Notes under the pieces: generated by a model | Told to the model about the DNA's origin: nothing | The model's database searches: none | The model's input: the letters and a program-made list of their open reading frames with translations, nothing else | Program-made: the position numbers and the translations under genes | Shown here: in pieces, positions 10,862 to 19,549 of the stretch | Position numbering within the stretch: the stretch's first letter is position 1 | Layout of the letters: each line of letters opens with the position of its first letter | DNA from: Gemmatimonadota bacterium | GTDB taxonomy: Bacteria; Gemmatimonadota; Gemmatimonadetes; Palauibacterales; KS3-K002 | NCBI GenBank assembly: GCA_016209945.1 | Contig: JACQVD010000078.1 | Location: forward strand, 1 to 48,340 | DNA: 48,340 nt | Direction: 5' to 3'

Positions 10862-11260
10862 GTGACACGCACCATGTCGGTCAAGATCCATAAACGGACG
10901 GCTCCGCGCGTCGTCGCGCGGCGGCGGCGGCATTGGCGGGTTCGGAAGAAGGTGCGCGGCACGCCCACGCGCCCCAGGCTCGTGGTCTACCGGTCGTCGA
11001 AGCACATCGAAGGCCAGCTCGTGGACGACACGCGCGCGATCTGCCTCACGGGGTTCAGCACGACATCGAAGGAGTTGCTGGCGCGTCTCGGGGAGGACCG
11101 CCGCAAGACGGCCCGCGCGCATGTCGCGGGGCGTATGCTGGCGGAGCGGGCGCGCGCCATGGGGATCGAGACGGTCGTCTTTGACCGCGGGGGCTACCGG
11201 TACCACGGGCGCGTGCGCGCGTTCGCGGAGGGCGCCCGCGAAGGGGGACTGAAGGTCTGA
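10862..11260 (+). CDS. rplR: 50S ribosomal protein L18
   Basis: RPRL.VYRS.KHI..Q.VDD and [21 protein letters not shown] motifs. The start could be GTG 10862 or ATG 10874. Confidence 0.95.
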   Translation: MTRTMSVKIHKRTAPRVVARRRRHWRVRKKVRGTPTRPRLVVYRSSKHIEGQLVDDTRAICLTGFSTTSKELLARLGEDRRKTARAHVAGRMLAERARAMGIETVVFDRGGYRYHGRVRAFAEGAREGGLKV

Positions 11261-11261
11261 C

Positions 11262-11801
11262 ATGGCGAAGGAACGCGGGGTCGAGCGGGAGCGCGAGAGG
11301 CGGGTTCGGACGCAGGAGCTTGTGGAGAACGTGATCCACATCAACCGCGTCGCCAAGGTCGTGAAGGGCGGCCGCCGCTTCTCGTTCACGGCTCTCGTGG
11401 CCGTCGGTGACAAGCAGGGGCGCGTGGGGATCGCCCTGGGCAAGGCGAAGGAGGTGTCGGAGGCCGTGCGCAAGGCGATCGAGCAGGCGCGCACGGGGAT
11501 GCAGCCCATTCCCCTCGTGGGCGGGACGATCCCCCACGAGGTGATCGGCGCGCACGATGCCTCGCGGGTGCTCCTTCGCCCGGCCGGCCCCGGGACGGGC
11601 GTCATCGCCGGCGGCCCGGTGCGCGCCGTCCTCGGGGCGGCCGGGGTCCAGAACATCCTCACGAAGAGCCTCGGCTCGAACAACCCCATCAATCTCGTGC
11701 GGGCGACGATGGACGGGCTGCGACAGCTCGTGACGCCGGAGCAGGCGGCACGGGAGCGCGAGGTGCCGCTCGGGGAGTTTGCGGGGGCGCGCCGTGGCTG
11801 A
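11262..11801 (+). CDS. rpsE: 30S ribosomal protein S5
   Basis: 179 aa, [32 protein letters not shown]. Confidence 0.97.
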   Translation: MAKERGVERERERRVRTQELVENVIHINRVAKVVKGGRRFSFTALVAVGDKQGRVGIALGKAKEVSEAVRKAIEQARTGMQPIPLVGGTIPHEVIGAHDASRVLLRPAGPGTGVIAGGPVRAVLGAAGVQNILTKSLGSNNPINLVRATMDGLRQLVTPEQAAREREVPLGEFAGARRG

Positions 11802-12027
11802 GCTCCTCATCACCCAGATCAAGAGCGGGATCGGTGCGCCCAAGAAGATCCGCAGGACGCTCGCGGCGCTCGGCCTGCGGCATCAACGGACGGTCGTGAA
11901 GCCCGACAACCCGGCCGTCCGAGGGATGATCTTCCAGGTACGCCATCTCGTCCGCGTGGAGCCCGTCGCGAACGGCGGCGCGGAGCCGGCTGGCGTGAAG
12001 GCTCGTGGCCGGGCGTCGAGGAGCTGA
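11794..12027 (+). CDS. rpmD: 50S ribosomal protein L30
   Basis: [27 protein letters not shown] 11794 overlaps the rpsE stop by 8 nt. The track ORF starts at TTG 11779. Confidence 0.9.
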   Translation: MAELLITQIKSGIGAPKKIRRTLAALGLRHQRTVVKPDNPAVRGMIFQVRHLVRVEPVANGGAEPAGVKARGRASRS

Positions 12028-12043
12028 GGGGGGAGCTCGTGCC

Positions 12044-12487
12044 ATGGTGCGACTGAACGAGCTCAGGGCGCCCGAGGGTGCCGTGCAGGCCCGCAAGCGC
12101 AAGGGGCGCGGTCCCGGTTCCGGGCTCGGAAAGACCGCTGGCCGCGGGGCGAAGGGTCACAAGGCGCGGAGCGGCGGCCAGACGAACCCGGGCTTCGAGG
12201 GCGGACAGATGCCGCTCACCCGTCGGATCCCGAAGCGCGGGTTCCGCAACCCATTCGGCCTGGACTACCAGGTCGTGAACGTGCGGGATCTCGAGCGCCT
12301 GGGAGCCGCCGAGATCGATCCCGATGTCTTGCGGGCCGCGGGGCTCGTGAAGAGCGCCCGGGAGCCCGTGAAGGTTCTGGGTGACGGGGAACTCACGCGC
12401 GCGCTCCGGGTGCGTGCCCACGCGTTCAGTGCTGCGGCCGCCCGCAAGATCGAGGCGGCGGGCGGCGCCGTCGAGGTCATCCCGTAA
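12044..12487 (+). CDS. rplO: 50S ribosomal protein L15
   Basis: MVRLNELRAPEGA...RKGRG.GSG.GKT.GRG.KG. ATG 12044 is preceded by GAGGGGGGAG. The track ORF starts at 12005. Confidence 0.95.
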   Translation: MVRLNELRAPEGAVQARKRKGRGPGSGLGKTAGRGAKGHKARSGGQTNPGFEGGQMPLTRRIPKRGFRNPFGLDYQVVNVRDLERLGAAEIDPDVLRAAGLVKSAREPVKVLGDGELTRALRVRAHAFSAAAARKIEAAGGAVEVIP

Positions 12488-13821
12488 TGGCGAACCCGAT
12501 CCCGAATCTTTGGCGCATCCCGGAGCTTAAGGAGAAGATCTTCTTCACGCTTCTGTGCCTGGCCGTGTACCGGCTGGGCGCGCACGTGACGGCGCCGGGC
12601 GTGGATGTCGTGGCGCTCCAAGCGAGCCAGGGTGCCCTCCAGGGGACGCTCTTCGGGCTCTACGACATGTTCGTGGGCGGCGGTCTCCAGCGGGCTACCG
12701 TCTTCGCGCTCGGGATCATGCCCTACATCTCCGCCAGCATCATGTTCCAGCTGCTGGCCCCCGTGTTCCCCGTCATCGAGAAGATGCAGAAGGAGGGCGA
12801 GGAGGGCCGGAGACGGCTCACGCAGTGGACCCGCTACGCCACGGTGATCCTCTCCATGCTCCAGGGGTACGGCTTCGCCGTTTATCTCGAGAGCCTGCCG
12901 CCGGCGCCGACGGGTGACGTGGTGGCCGGCGCCGGCTTGGGCTTCCGCCTCCTGACGGTGCTGACGCTCACGGCGGGCGCCGTGTTCATCATGTGGCTCG
13001 GCGAGCAGATCACCGAGCGCGGCGTGGGGAACGGGATGTCGCTCCTCATCTTCTTCTCGATCCTGGAGGGGTTCCCGAACGCCGTGGGCCGCACTCTGGA
13101 GGCGCTCCAGGTCGGCACGATCTCGGTGTTGAAGGTCGTCCTCCTGCTCGCGGTCATGGTGGGGGTCGTGGCCGGGGTGGTGGCGGTGACGATGGCGGCG
13201 CGTCGGATCCCCGTGCAGATCCCCCGGAAAGTGGTGGGCCGGGGTCGGATCCGCGAAGGGACGAAGACGTTCATCCCGTTGAAGGTGAACTCGGCGGGCG
13301 TCATGCCGATCATCTTTGCGCAGTCGATCATCGTCGTCCCGGGGACGCTGGCGGCGTTCTCGAACGTGCCGTTCCTCCAGGACATCAGCCGCTGGTTCCA
13401 GCCCCAGGGTACCACGGCGTGGGTCTACTATCTGACGTACACGGTCCTGATCGTCTTCTTCACGTACTTCTACACGGCGATCATCTTCAACCCGATCGAC
13501 GTGGCGGAGAACCTGAAGAAGCAGGGCGCCTTCATCCCCGGGGTGAAGCCGGGGCTGCGCACGGCGGAGTACGTCGAGCATGTCCTCTCGCGGATCACGT
13601 TCCCGGGCGCGCTCTTCCTCGCGCTCATAGCACTTCTTCCCTTCTGGATCTTCGACCTCTTCGACATCCAGCTCTTCTTCTTCGGGGGGACGGCGCTTCT
13701 GATCGTGGTCGGTGTGGCCCTCGACACGGTTCAGCAGCTGCAGCAGCACCTCCTCTTGCGACACTACGAGGGCTTCATGCGGAAGGGGCGGGTGAAATAC
13801 ATCGGTCGCAGGAGGGTGTGA
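12487..13821 (+). CDS. secY: Preprotein translocase subunit SecY
   Basis: 444-aa polytopic membrane protein, L..KI.FTL..L..YR.G..V..PG.D. TAATG overlap with rplO. Canonical position at the end of the spc operon. Confidence 0.97.
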   Translation: MANPIPNLWRIPELKEKIFFTLLCLAVYRLGAHVTAPGVDVVALQASQGALQGTLFGLYDMFVGGGLQRATVFALGIMPYISASIMFQLLAPVFPVIEKMQKEGEEGRRRLTQWTRYATVILSMLQGYGFAVYLESLPPAPTGDVVAGAGLGFRLLTVLTLTAGAVFIMWLGEQITERGVGNGMSLLIFFSILEGFPNAVGRTLEALQVGTISVLKVVLLLAVMVGVVAGVVAVTMAARRIPVQIPRKVVGRGRIREGTKTFIPLKVNSAGVMPIIFAQSIIVVPGTLAAFSNVPFLQDISRWFQPQGTTAWVYYLTYTVLIVFFTYFYTAIIFNPIDVAENLKKQGAFIPGVKPGLRTAEYVEHVLSRITFPGALFLALIALLPFWIFDLFDIQLFFFGGTALLIVVGVALDTVQQLQQHLLLRHYEGFMRKGRVKYIGRRRV

Positions 13822-13833
13822 GGGCCGCGGCGC

Positions 13834-14481
13834 GTGATGCGGGTCGTTCTCCTCGGGCCTCCGGGCGCCGGCAAGGGAACGCAGGGTGAGCTCCTGGCGC
13901 GCCGTCTGGGGGTTGGCCGATACGTGAGCGGGGATCTCCTGCGCGAGGCGGTCCGGGAAGGGAGCGCGGCGGGTCGTCAGGCGCAAGGCTGGATCGAGCG
14001 GGGCGAGCTCGTTCCCGACGCGATTGTGACGGGGATCGTCACGGGCGCGCTGAGCCGCGACGCGGGCCCGGGATTCGTGCTGGATGGGTTCCCGCGAACG
14101 ATCGCCCAGGCCGAGGCGCTGGCGGAGTTCCTGGGGAGCCGGCGGGCGCGCATCGACGCCGTCGTCTACCTGGAGGTGCCCGAGTCGGAGGTCGTCAAGC
14201 GCCTCGTGTCGAGGAGGGTCTGCCCGTCGTGCGGGGCGGCGTACAACCTGCACACGAACCCGCCGCGCAAGGACGAGGTGTGTGACCGCTGCGGGGCGAG
14301 ACTCGCCAGCCGGAGCGACGACGACGAGGGCACGGTGCGCCGCCGACTCCGAGTGTACGAGGGGGAGACGGCCCCGCTCGTCGAGTGGTACCGCGCACAG
14401 GGCGTGCGGCTCCTCCGGGTGAATGGCCTCGGCTCCGTGGCAGAGGTGCGGGCACGGGTACGGTCGGCGCTGGGCCTATGA
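13834..14481 (+). CDS. adk: Adenylate kinase with a Cys4 zinc lid
   Basis: LLGPPGAGKGTQ P-loop. The lid reads CPSCGAAYN...CDRCG. ATG 13837 is an alternative start. Confidence 0.96.
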   Translation: MMRVVLLGPPGAGKGTQGELLARRLGVGRYVSGDLLREAVREGSAAGRQAQGWIERGELVPDAIVTGIVTGALSRDAGPGFVLDGFPRTIAQAEALAEFLGSRRARIDAVVYLEVPESEVVKRLVSRRVCPSCGAAYNLHTNPPRKDEVCDRCGARLASRSDDDEGTVRRRLRVYEGETAPLVEWYRAQGVRLLRVNGLGSVAEVRARVRSALGL

Positions 14482-15239
14482 TCACGCTGCGCAACCGGAC
14501 GGAGATCGCTCGGATCCGGGCAGCGTGTCAGGTCGTGGCCCGCGTGCTGCGCTTTCTGGAAGGGAGAGTGGAGCCCGGGGTCTCGACGGGGGACCTGGAC
14601 CGCTGGGCGGAGGAGTTCATCCTCCGTCATCCCGGGGCCGAGCCCGCGTTCAAAGGACTGTACGGGTTTCCGTGCACGCTCTGCACCTCGGTGAACGAAG
14701 AGGTCGTGCACGGGATCCCGACGGCGGAGCGGGAGCTGCGGGAGGGTGACATCGTCAGCATTGACGTGGGCGTGCGACTCGACGGCTACTACGGGGACGC
14801 GGCGGTGACGATTCCCGTGGGCGAGCCGAGCCCGCGGGCCCGGCAGCTTCTGGAGGCGACGAAGCTCGCCCTTCAGCGCGGGATCGAGGCTGCCCAGCCC
14901 GGGGCCCAGATCGGGGACATCAGCGCGGCCATCCAGGAGACGGTGGAGGCGGCGGGCTTCAGCGTGGTTCGCGAGCTCGTGGGCCACGGGATCGGCACGC
15001 GCCCGCACGAGGAGCCCCAGGTCCCGAACTACGGGCGCCGGGGACAGGGTGTGCGACTGCGGGCGGGGCTCGTGATCGCGATCGAACCCATGGTGAACGC
15101 GGGCGGCCATGGGATCCGCACCCTCGACGACGACTGGACGATCGTCACCGCGGACGGGGGGCTCTCGGCGCACTTCGAGCACACCGTGGCGATCACGGAA
15201 CGCGGCGCGGCGGTGCTCAGCGCCCTCGAGGAGGGGTGA
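14478..15239 (+). CDS. map: Methionine aminopeptidase, type I
   Basis: [15 protein letters not shown]...V......, FKGLYGFP...[24 protein letters not shown] motifs. ATGA overlap with adk. Confidence 0.95.
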   Translation: MITLRNRTEIARIRAACQVVARVLRFLEGRVEPGVSTGDLDRWAEEFILRHPGAEPAFKGLYGFPCTLCTSVNEEVVHGIPTAERELREGDIVSIDVGVRLDGYYGDAAVTIPVGEPSPRARQLLEATKLALQRGIEAAQPGAQIGDISAAIQETVEAAGFSVVRELVGHGIGTRPHEEPQVPNYGRRGQGVRLRAGLVIAIEPMVNAGGHGIRTLDDDWTIVTADGGLSAHFEHTVAITERGAAVLSALEEG

Positions 15240-15460
15240 GGTTGGCGAAGCAGGAACCCATCGAGATGACGGGCACGGTCATCGAGGCCCTGCCGAACGC
15301 CATGTTTCGGGTCCGGCTGGAGAACGGGCACGAGATGACGGCGCACATCTCAGGGAAGATCCGCATGAACTACATCCGGATCCTCCCGGGCGACAAAGTG
15401 CAAGTGGAGCTCTCGCCGTACGATCTGACGAGGGGGCGGATCACGTATCGGTACAAGTAG
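15236..15460 (+). CDS. infA: Translation initiation factor IF-1
   Basis: [54 protein letters not shown]. The start is GTG 15236 (GTGA overlap with map) or TTG 15242 (MAKQEPIEM...). Confidence 0.96.
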   Translation: MRLAKQEPIEMTGTVIEALPNAMFRVRLENGHEMTAHISGKIRMNYIRILPGDKVQVELSPYDLTRGRITYRYK

Positions 15461-15463
15461 GGG

Positions 15464-15491
15464 TTGAGGACTGGGGATTTTTGGCTACATT
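15464..15491 (+). promoter_or_regulatory. Candidate internal promoter for rpmJ and the alpha operon: TTGAGG-N16-TACATT
   Basis: The hexamers sit in a conspicuously AT-rich 67-nt infA-rpmJ spacer (gatttttggctacattaaaaagttttgtgaatttc) within an otherwise high-GC region. Confidence 0.4.
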
Positions 15492-15527
15492 AAAAAGTTT
15501 TGTGAATTTCGCCCTTTTGAGGACCCT

Positions 15528-15644
15528 GTGAAGGTACGATCGAGCGTACGTCGGATCTGTGAACATTGCAAGGTGGTGCGGCGCCGCGGTGTCGTCCGCG
15601 TCATCTGCAAGCGGAACCCCCGCCACAAGCAGCGGCAGGGGTAG
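15528..15644 (+). CDS. rpmJ: 50S ribosomal protein L36 (zinc form)
   Basis: Hand-translated and absent from the ORF track: [38 protein letters not shown], then TAG. GTG start 4 nt after GAGGA. Canonical infA-rpmJ-rpsM order. Confidence 0.93.
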   Translation: MKVRSSVRRICEHCKVVRRRGVVRVICKRNPRHKQRQG

Positions 15645-15661
15645 CGCGGGACGGGATCGCC

Positions 15662-16045
15662 ATGGCTCGAATTGCGGGCGTCGATCTTCCACGGGACAAG
15701 CGCGTCGAGATCGCGCTGACGTACATCTACGGGATCGGCCGGTCGTCCTCGCGAAGGATCCTGGCCGATGCGGGGGTGAGCCCGGACACCCGGGTGCACA
15801 AGCTCTCGGACGAGGAGGTGGCGCGCCTGCGACGGGTGATTGAGGGGCGCCACAAGATCGAGGGCGCGCTGCGCACCGAGGTGGCGATGAACATCAAGCG
15901 GCTCATGGACATCGGCTGCTACCGGGGGATCCGCCACCGCAAGGGCCTGCCGGTGCGCGGGCAGCGGACGCACACGAACGCGCGCACGCGGAAGGGTCCG
16001 CGGCGGACCATCGCCAGCAAGAAGAAGCCGCCGCCCAAGAAGTAG
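15662..16045 (+). CDS. rpsM: 30S ribosomal protein S13
   Basis: [26 protein letters not shown]. In-frame ATG inside track ORF 15566..16045. Confidence 0.97.
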   Translation: MARIAGVDLPRDKRVEIALTYIYGIGRSSSRRILADAGVSPDTRVHKLSDEEVARLRRVIEGRHKIEGALRTEVAMNIKRLMDIGCYRGIRHRKGLPVRGQRTHTNARTRKGPRRTIASKKKPPPKK

Positions 16046-16056
16046 GAGGGGCCGGA

Positions 16057-16443
16057 ATGCCATCGAAGAAGCCGTCCGCGGCGAAGAAGAAGGCCGTCGA
16101 GAGCGAAGGCATCGCCCACATTCAGGCGACGTTTAACAACACGATCGTCACGATCACCGACACGAAGGGGAACACGATCGTGTGGGGGAGCGCCGGGCGG
16201 GCGGGCTTCAAGGGGTCGAAGAAGTCCACCCCGTTCGCCGCGACCGTCGCCGCGGAACAGACCGCACGCCAGGCGCTGGCCCTGGGCGTCAAGCGCGTGC
16301 ACGTGCGCGTGCAGGGTCCGGGCTCGGGGCGCGAGTCGGCGATCCAGGCCCTGCAGACGGCCGGGCTGCAGATCCGGTCGATCCGCGACGTCACACCGAT
16401 CCCTCACAACGGCTGCCGTCCACCGAAGAAGAGGAGAGTGTAA
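16057..16443 (+). CDS. rpsK: 30S ribosomal protein S11
   Basis: 128 aa, [19 protein letters not shown]...W.SAG..GFKGS.KSTPFAA. Confidence 0.97.
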   Translation: MPSKKPSAAKKKAVESEGIAHIQATFNNTIVTITDTKGNTIVWGSAGRAGFKGSKKSTPFAATVAAEQTARQALALGVKRVHVRVQGPGSGRESAIQALQTAGLQIRSIRDVTPIPHNGCRPPKKRRV

Positions 16444-16520
16444 GGCTCGTCGGCTCTCGGGCGAGGCATCCCCAGCGGCTGCGGATCGCCCGGGCGCCGG
16501 CGAAGACCAGATACGATCGT

Positions 16521-17150
16521 ATGGCACGATACACAGGTCCTGTTTGCAGACTCTGCCGCCGGGAGGCGGAGAAGCTCTTCCTGAAGGGGCAACGCTGCTT
16601 CACGGAGAAGTGCGCCATCGAGCGGCGGAACTACCCGCCGGGGCAGCACGGGCTGACGCGCGGCCGGCGCCGGCGCCAGTCGGACTACGGACTCCGGCTG
16701 CGCGAGAAGCAGAAGGTGAAGCGGATCTATGGGCTCACGGAGCGGCAGTTCCGGAACCTCTTCGATCGGGCGCTCCAGATGCCGGGCGTCACCGGTGAAA
16801 ACTTGATCGTGGCCCTGGAGTCGCGCCTGGATAGCGTCGTGTACCGGCTGGGGTTCGCGTCGTCGCGCAAGGCGGCGCGGCAGCTCGTGCGGCACCGCCA
16901 CGTGCTCGTGGGCGGTCGCACGGTGGACATCCCGTCGTACCTCGTCAGAGCGGGCGAGGAGATCCGGCTCAAGGAGACGAGCCGGCAGATGCCGCTCGTG
17001 AGAGAAAGCCTGGAGATGCCGCGTGAGCTGTCGGACTGGCTGGCCCTGGACAAGGAAACGATGACCGGGCGGATGCTCCGGCGGCCCACACGGGCCGACG
17101 TCCCGCTGGCCGTGCAGGAGCAGCTGATTGTGGAGCTCTACTCGAGATAG
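16521..17150 (+). CDS. rpsD: 30S ribosomal protein S4
   Basis: [25 protein letters not shown]...KCA... with an N-terminal Cys cluster. SDYG..LREKQK and S4-domain motifs follow. Confidence 0.97.
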   Translation: MARYTGPVCRLCRREAEKLFLKGQRCFTEKCAIERRNYPPGQHGLTRGRRRRQSDYGLRLREKQKVKRIYGLTERQFRNLFDRALQMPGVTGENLIVALESRLDSVVYRLGFASSRKAARQLVRHRHVLVGGRTVDIPSYLVRAGEEIRLKETSRQMPLVRESLEMPRELSDWLALDKETMTGRMLRRPTRADVPLAVQEQLIVELYSR

Positions 17151-17165
17151 GGAGGTCGCTAGGCA

Positions 17166-18233
17166 ATGGACGTGGATCTCACCGGGCTCGTTCTCCCCAC
17201 CAGGGTGGAGGTGGGCGAAGTCTCGGCCGATGGCCGGCGGGCCGATTTCATCCTTCAGCCGTTGGAGCGGGGGTACGGGCACACGCTGGGCAACTCCATG
17301 CGGCGCGTGCTGCTGTCGTCGCTCCGCGGGGCCGCGGTGTGGGCCTTCCGGGCGGAAGGCGTCGTCCACGAGCACCAGACGATCCCCGGCGCGGTCGAGG
17401 ATGTCCATCAGATCATCCAGAACCTGAAGTCGCTCGCCCTGACGCTGACCGACGAGGTCGAGGAGGTGAAGCTGGAGCTCACGGTCCAGGAGCCGGGTGT
17501 CGTGACGGCGCGGCGCATCCAGCCGCACTCGGCCGTGATGCTCATCAACCCGGATCACGCGCTGTTCACGCTCCAGGACGCGCTTTCCGAGGAGAAGCCT
17601 CTGCGCATGGAGCTGTGGGTGAACAAGGGACGCGGCTTCGTCCTGGCGGAGCAGCATCCCCGGCGCAAGGAGATGCCGGTGGATCTCATCCGCATCGATG
17701 CCATCTACAACCCGGTGATGCGCGTGAACTTCGTGGTGGAGGAGACGCGGGTCGGGCAGCGGACGGATTTCGATCGCCTCGCGCTCACGGTGGAGACCAA
17801 CGGGGCGGTCACTCCCACGGACGCCGTGGCGTATGCCGCGGGCCTTCTTCTGACCCACCTGGAGTACTTCCGGCGGTTTGAGGACGCGACGCCGCCGGAG
17901 GCCTCGCCGCGGCGCACGCGCCTTGTGCCGGTGGACGAGCGGATGCGCGAGGTCATCAATCGCCCGCTCGAGGATTTCGATCTGTCGCTGCGCTCACGGA
18001 ACACGCTGGAGAAGGGGAACATCCGGACGCTGGGCGACATCGCGCGCAGAACGCGGGAGGAGATGCTGCAGGTCGAGAACTTCGGCCGGAAGTCGCTGGA
18101 AGAGGTCGAAGAGCTGCTCAGGCAGCACGGCCTCGGCTTCGGGATGAAGTTCCAGACGGGCGAGGACGGTCAGCTCTACCTCCTGCAGGAGAGCGCGGAC
18201 GGCGAAGGGGAGCCGAGCGAAGCGGAGGCGTAG
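17166..18233 (+). CDS. rpoA: DNA-directed RNA polymerase alpha subunit
   Basis: 355 aa, GYGHTLGNSMRRVLLSSL. The C-terminal domain reads DLSLRSRNTLEKGNIRTLGDI. There is an acidic tail. Confidence 0.97.
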   Translation: MDVDLTGLVLPTRVEVGEVSADGRRADFILQPLERGYGHTLGNSMRRVLLSSLRGAAVWAFRAEGVVHEHQTIPGAVEDVHQIIQNLKSLALTLTDEVEEVKLELTVQEPGVVTARRIQPHSAVMLINPDHALFTLQDALSEEKPLRMELWVNKGRGFVLAEQHPRRKEMPVDLIRIDAIYNPVMRVNFVVEETRVGQRTDFDRLALTVETNGAVTPTDAVAYAAGLLLTHLEYFRRFEDATPPEASPRRTRLVPVDERMREVINRPLEDFDLSLRSRNTLEKGNIRTLGDIARRTREEMLQVENFGRKSLEEVEELLRQHGLGFGMKFQTGEDGQLYLLQESADGEGEPSEAEA

Positions 18234-18596
18234 GTGCGGCACCGGAAGAAGGGGCGAGCGCTCGGTCGCACGGCGGAGCACCGGAAGGCGCTCCTGCGCA
18301 ACCTGGCCACGAGCGTGCTGGAGCACGAGCATGCTCGCACGACGACCGCGAAAGCGAAGGAGGTCCGGCCGCTCGTGGAGCGGCTGATCACATGGGCGAA
18401 GCGCGGCGATCTGCACGCCCGCCGGCTGGCCGGCCGCTACGTGCGGGACCGCGCCGTGCTCCGGAAGCTGTTTGAGAGCCTCGGGCCCCGGTACGCGGGG
18501 CGCAACGGTGGCTACACGCGGATCGTCAAGCTCGGTACTCGGGTGGGCGACGGCGCGGAAGAGGCGATCATAGAGCTCGTGGATCGAGCGGCCTAG
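18234..18596 (+). CDS. rplQ: 50S ribosomal protein L17
   Basis: MRHRKKGRALGRTAEHRKALLRNLATSV...TT..KAKE.RP.VE.LIT. GTG start directly after the rpoA stop. Confidence 0.97.
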   Translation: MRHRKKGRALGRTAEHRKALLRNLATSVLEHEHARTTTAKAKEVRPLVERLITWAKRGDLHARRLAGRYVRDRAVLRKLFESLGPRYAGRNGGYTRIVKLGTRVGDGAEEAIIELVDRAA

Positions 18597-18660
18597 GAAA
18601 ACGTTCGCAGGAAAAGGGACGCGGGCGCAGAAGGGCCTCCACGGTTCAAGGAGCCAAGGC

Positions 18661-19188
18661 ATGGGCGCTAGCGGAGGTGGCCGATCCCTCCCCGACTGGG
18701 TGTGGCCCGGGTTGGCGTTTCTCAGCATCGCCGCCCTGCTGGGGTACCTCTACTGGGCGACGCGCGAGGTCGAGGTGCCGATGATGGAGGGAGGGAGTGC
18801 CACCGGGGGAACACCCCGGGCGACGCCCGCCGAGTTCGCGGCGGCTCCGGGACGCTGGTCCGGACGGCTCGTGCGTCTCGATTCCGTGCTCGTGGCCGAA
18901 AGACTAGGCCGCGCGGCCTTCACCGTCGAATTGCCGGGGCGGCCTCGCTATCCCGTCGTGATGGAGCGCTGGCTCATCGAGCAGGGCGTCCAGGTGACGA
19001 TGCAGGACTGGGTGACGCTCGTGGGATCCGTGTACGCCCTGAACGACTCCGTCCTCAACGTGTGGACTCAGAGGGGGATTGTGGACCCGGCGCGACGCGC
19101 TGATGTCGCACAGGATTCCACCTTCTTCCTCGCCGACTCCTTGGAGATCCTGATCCCGCCGCTCCCCGGCCGGACGTCGGGTTCGTGA
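18661..19188 (+). CDS. Hypothetical membrane-anchored protein: one N-terminal TM helix plus a roughly 130-aa soluble domain
   Basis: 175 aa with ATG 7 nt after AAGGAG. High-GC3 coding look. TM segment WVWPGLAFLSIAALLGYLYW. I recognise no family motif. Confidence 0.7.
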   Translation: MGASGGGRSLPDWVWPGLAFLSIAALLGYLYWATREVEVPMMEGGSATGGTPRATPAEFAAAPGRWSGRLVRLDSVLVAERLGRAAFTVELPGRPRYPVVMERWLIEQGVQVTMQDWVTLVGSVYALNDSVLNVWTQRGIVDPARRADVAQDSTFFLADSLEILIPPLPGRTSGS

Positions 19189-19189
19189 T

Positions 19190-19230
19190 CCGAAGCAAAA
19201 AGCCCCTGATCGGGGGCGGTCGTCTTTCGG
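19190..19230. terminator. Composite hairpin between convergent genes. On the - strand it reads GCCCC-loop-GGGGC followed by T5, a likely rpmB terminator.
   Basis: Inner stem GCCCC 19202-06 / GGGGC 19213-17. An A5 run at 19197-19201 gives U5 on the - strand. Outer arms CCGAA 19190-94 / TTCGG 19226-30. The inner stem is short. Confidence 0.45.
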
Positions 19231-19243
19231 GGCGCGGCGGGTC

Positions 19244-19432
19244 CTAGCGCGCTTTCTCGACCTTCCCCGCGGACAGGCACGCGGTACACACACGTACCCG
19301 GCGGGTCTGGCCGTTCAACACGACTCGCACGCGCTGGAGGTTGGGGTACCAGCGCCTGCGGGTCCGGTTGTTGGCATGGCTCACCTCGTACCCGACGCTG
19401 GGACCTTTTCCGCAGACGACACAGCGACGCAT
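19244..19432 (-). CDS. rpmB: 50S ribosomal protein L28 (4-Cys form)
   Basis: 62 aa, [49 protein letters not shown]. The SD GAGAGG lies upstream on the - strand. The rest of track ORF 19244..19717 is not coding. Confidence 0.92.
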   Translation of the reverse strand: MRRCVVCGKGPSVGYEVSHANNRTRRRWYPNLQRVRVVLNGQTRRVRVCTACLSAGKVEKAR

Positions 19433-19464
19433 ACCGCCTCTCGGTTCGAGAACGTTCGCCCGGG

Positions 19465-19492
19465 AATGTAGCCGGCCCCGGGGCGCCGTCAA
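19465..19492 (-). promoter_or_regulatory. Candidate rpmB promoter on the - strand: TTGACG-N16-TACATT
   Basis: The reverse complement of 19465-19492 reads TTGACGGCGCCCCGGGGCCGGCTACATT. The -35 is one arm of the 20-bp palindrome at 19486-19505. Confidence 0.45.
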
Positions 19493-19498
19493 CCTTGG

Positions 19499-19527
19499 TT
19501 GACGGGTGCGGAGGGTACGGGCATATT
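19499..19527 (+). promoter_or_regulatory. Candidate promoter for cobA-hemD and downstream genes: TTGACG-N17-CATATT
   Basis: TTGACG at 19499-19504 and CATATT at 19522-19527, 22 nt upstream of ATG 19550. The -35 is the other arm of the palindrome. Confidence 0.45.
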
Positions 19528-19549
19528 CCCGCGCGCGAGTACGGTATCG

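Noticed and set aside
19441-19460. A tRNA-like GGTTCGAG motif and a GAACGTTC palindrome (a possible Cheo-type LexA box) in the rpmB leader.
   Set aside because: No acceptor, D or anticodon arms can be drawn around it. The palindrome lacks the 4-nt spacer of GAAC-N4-GTTC boxes.
19433-19549. A possible cobalamin riboswitch upstream of cobA-hemD.
   Set aside because: Only about 117 nt are available, and half of that is occupied by the divergent promoters. This is too short for a B12 element, and I saw no B12-box-like sequence.
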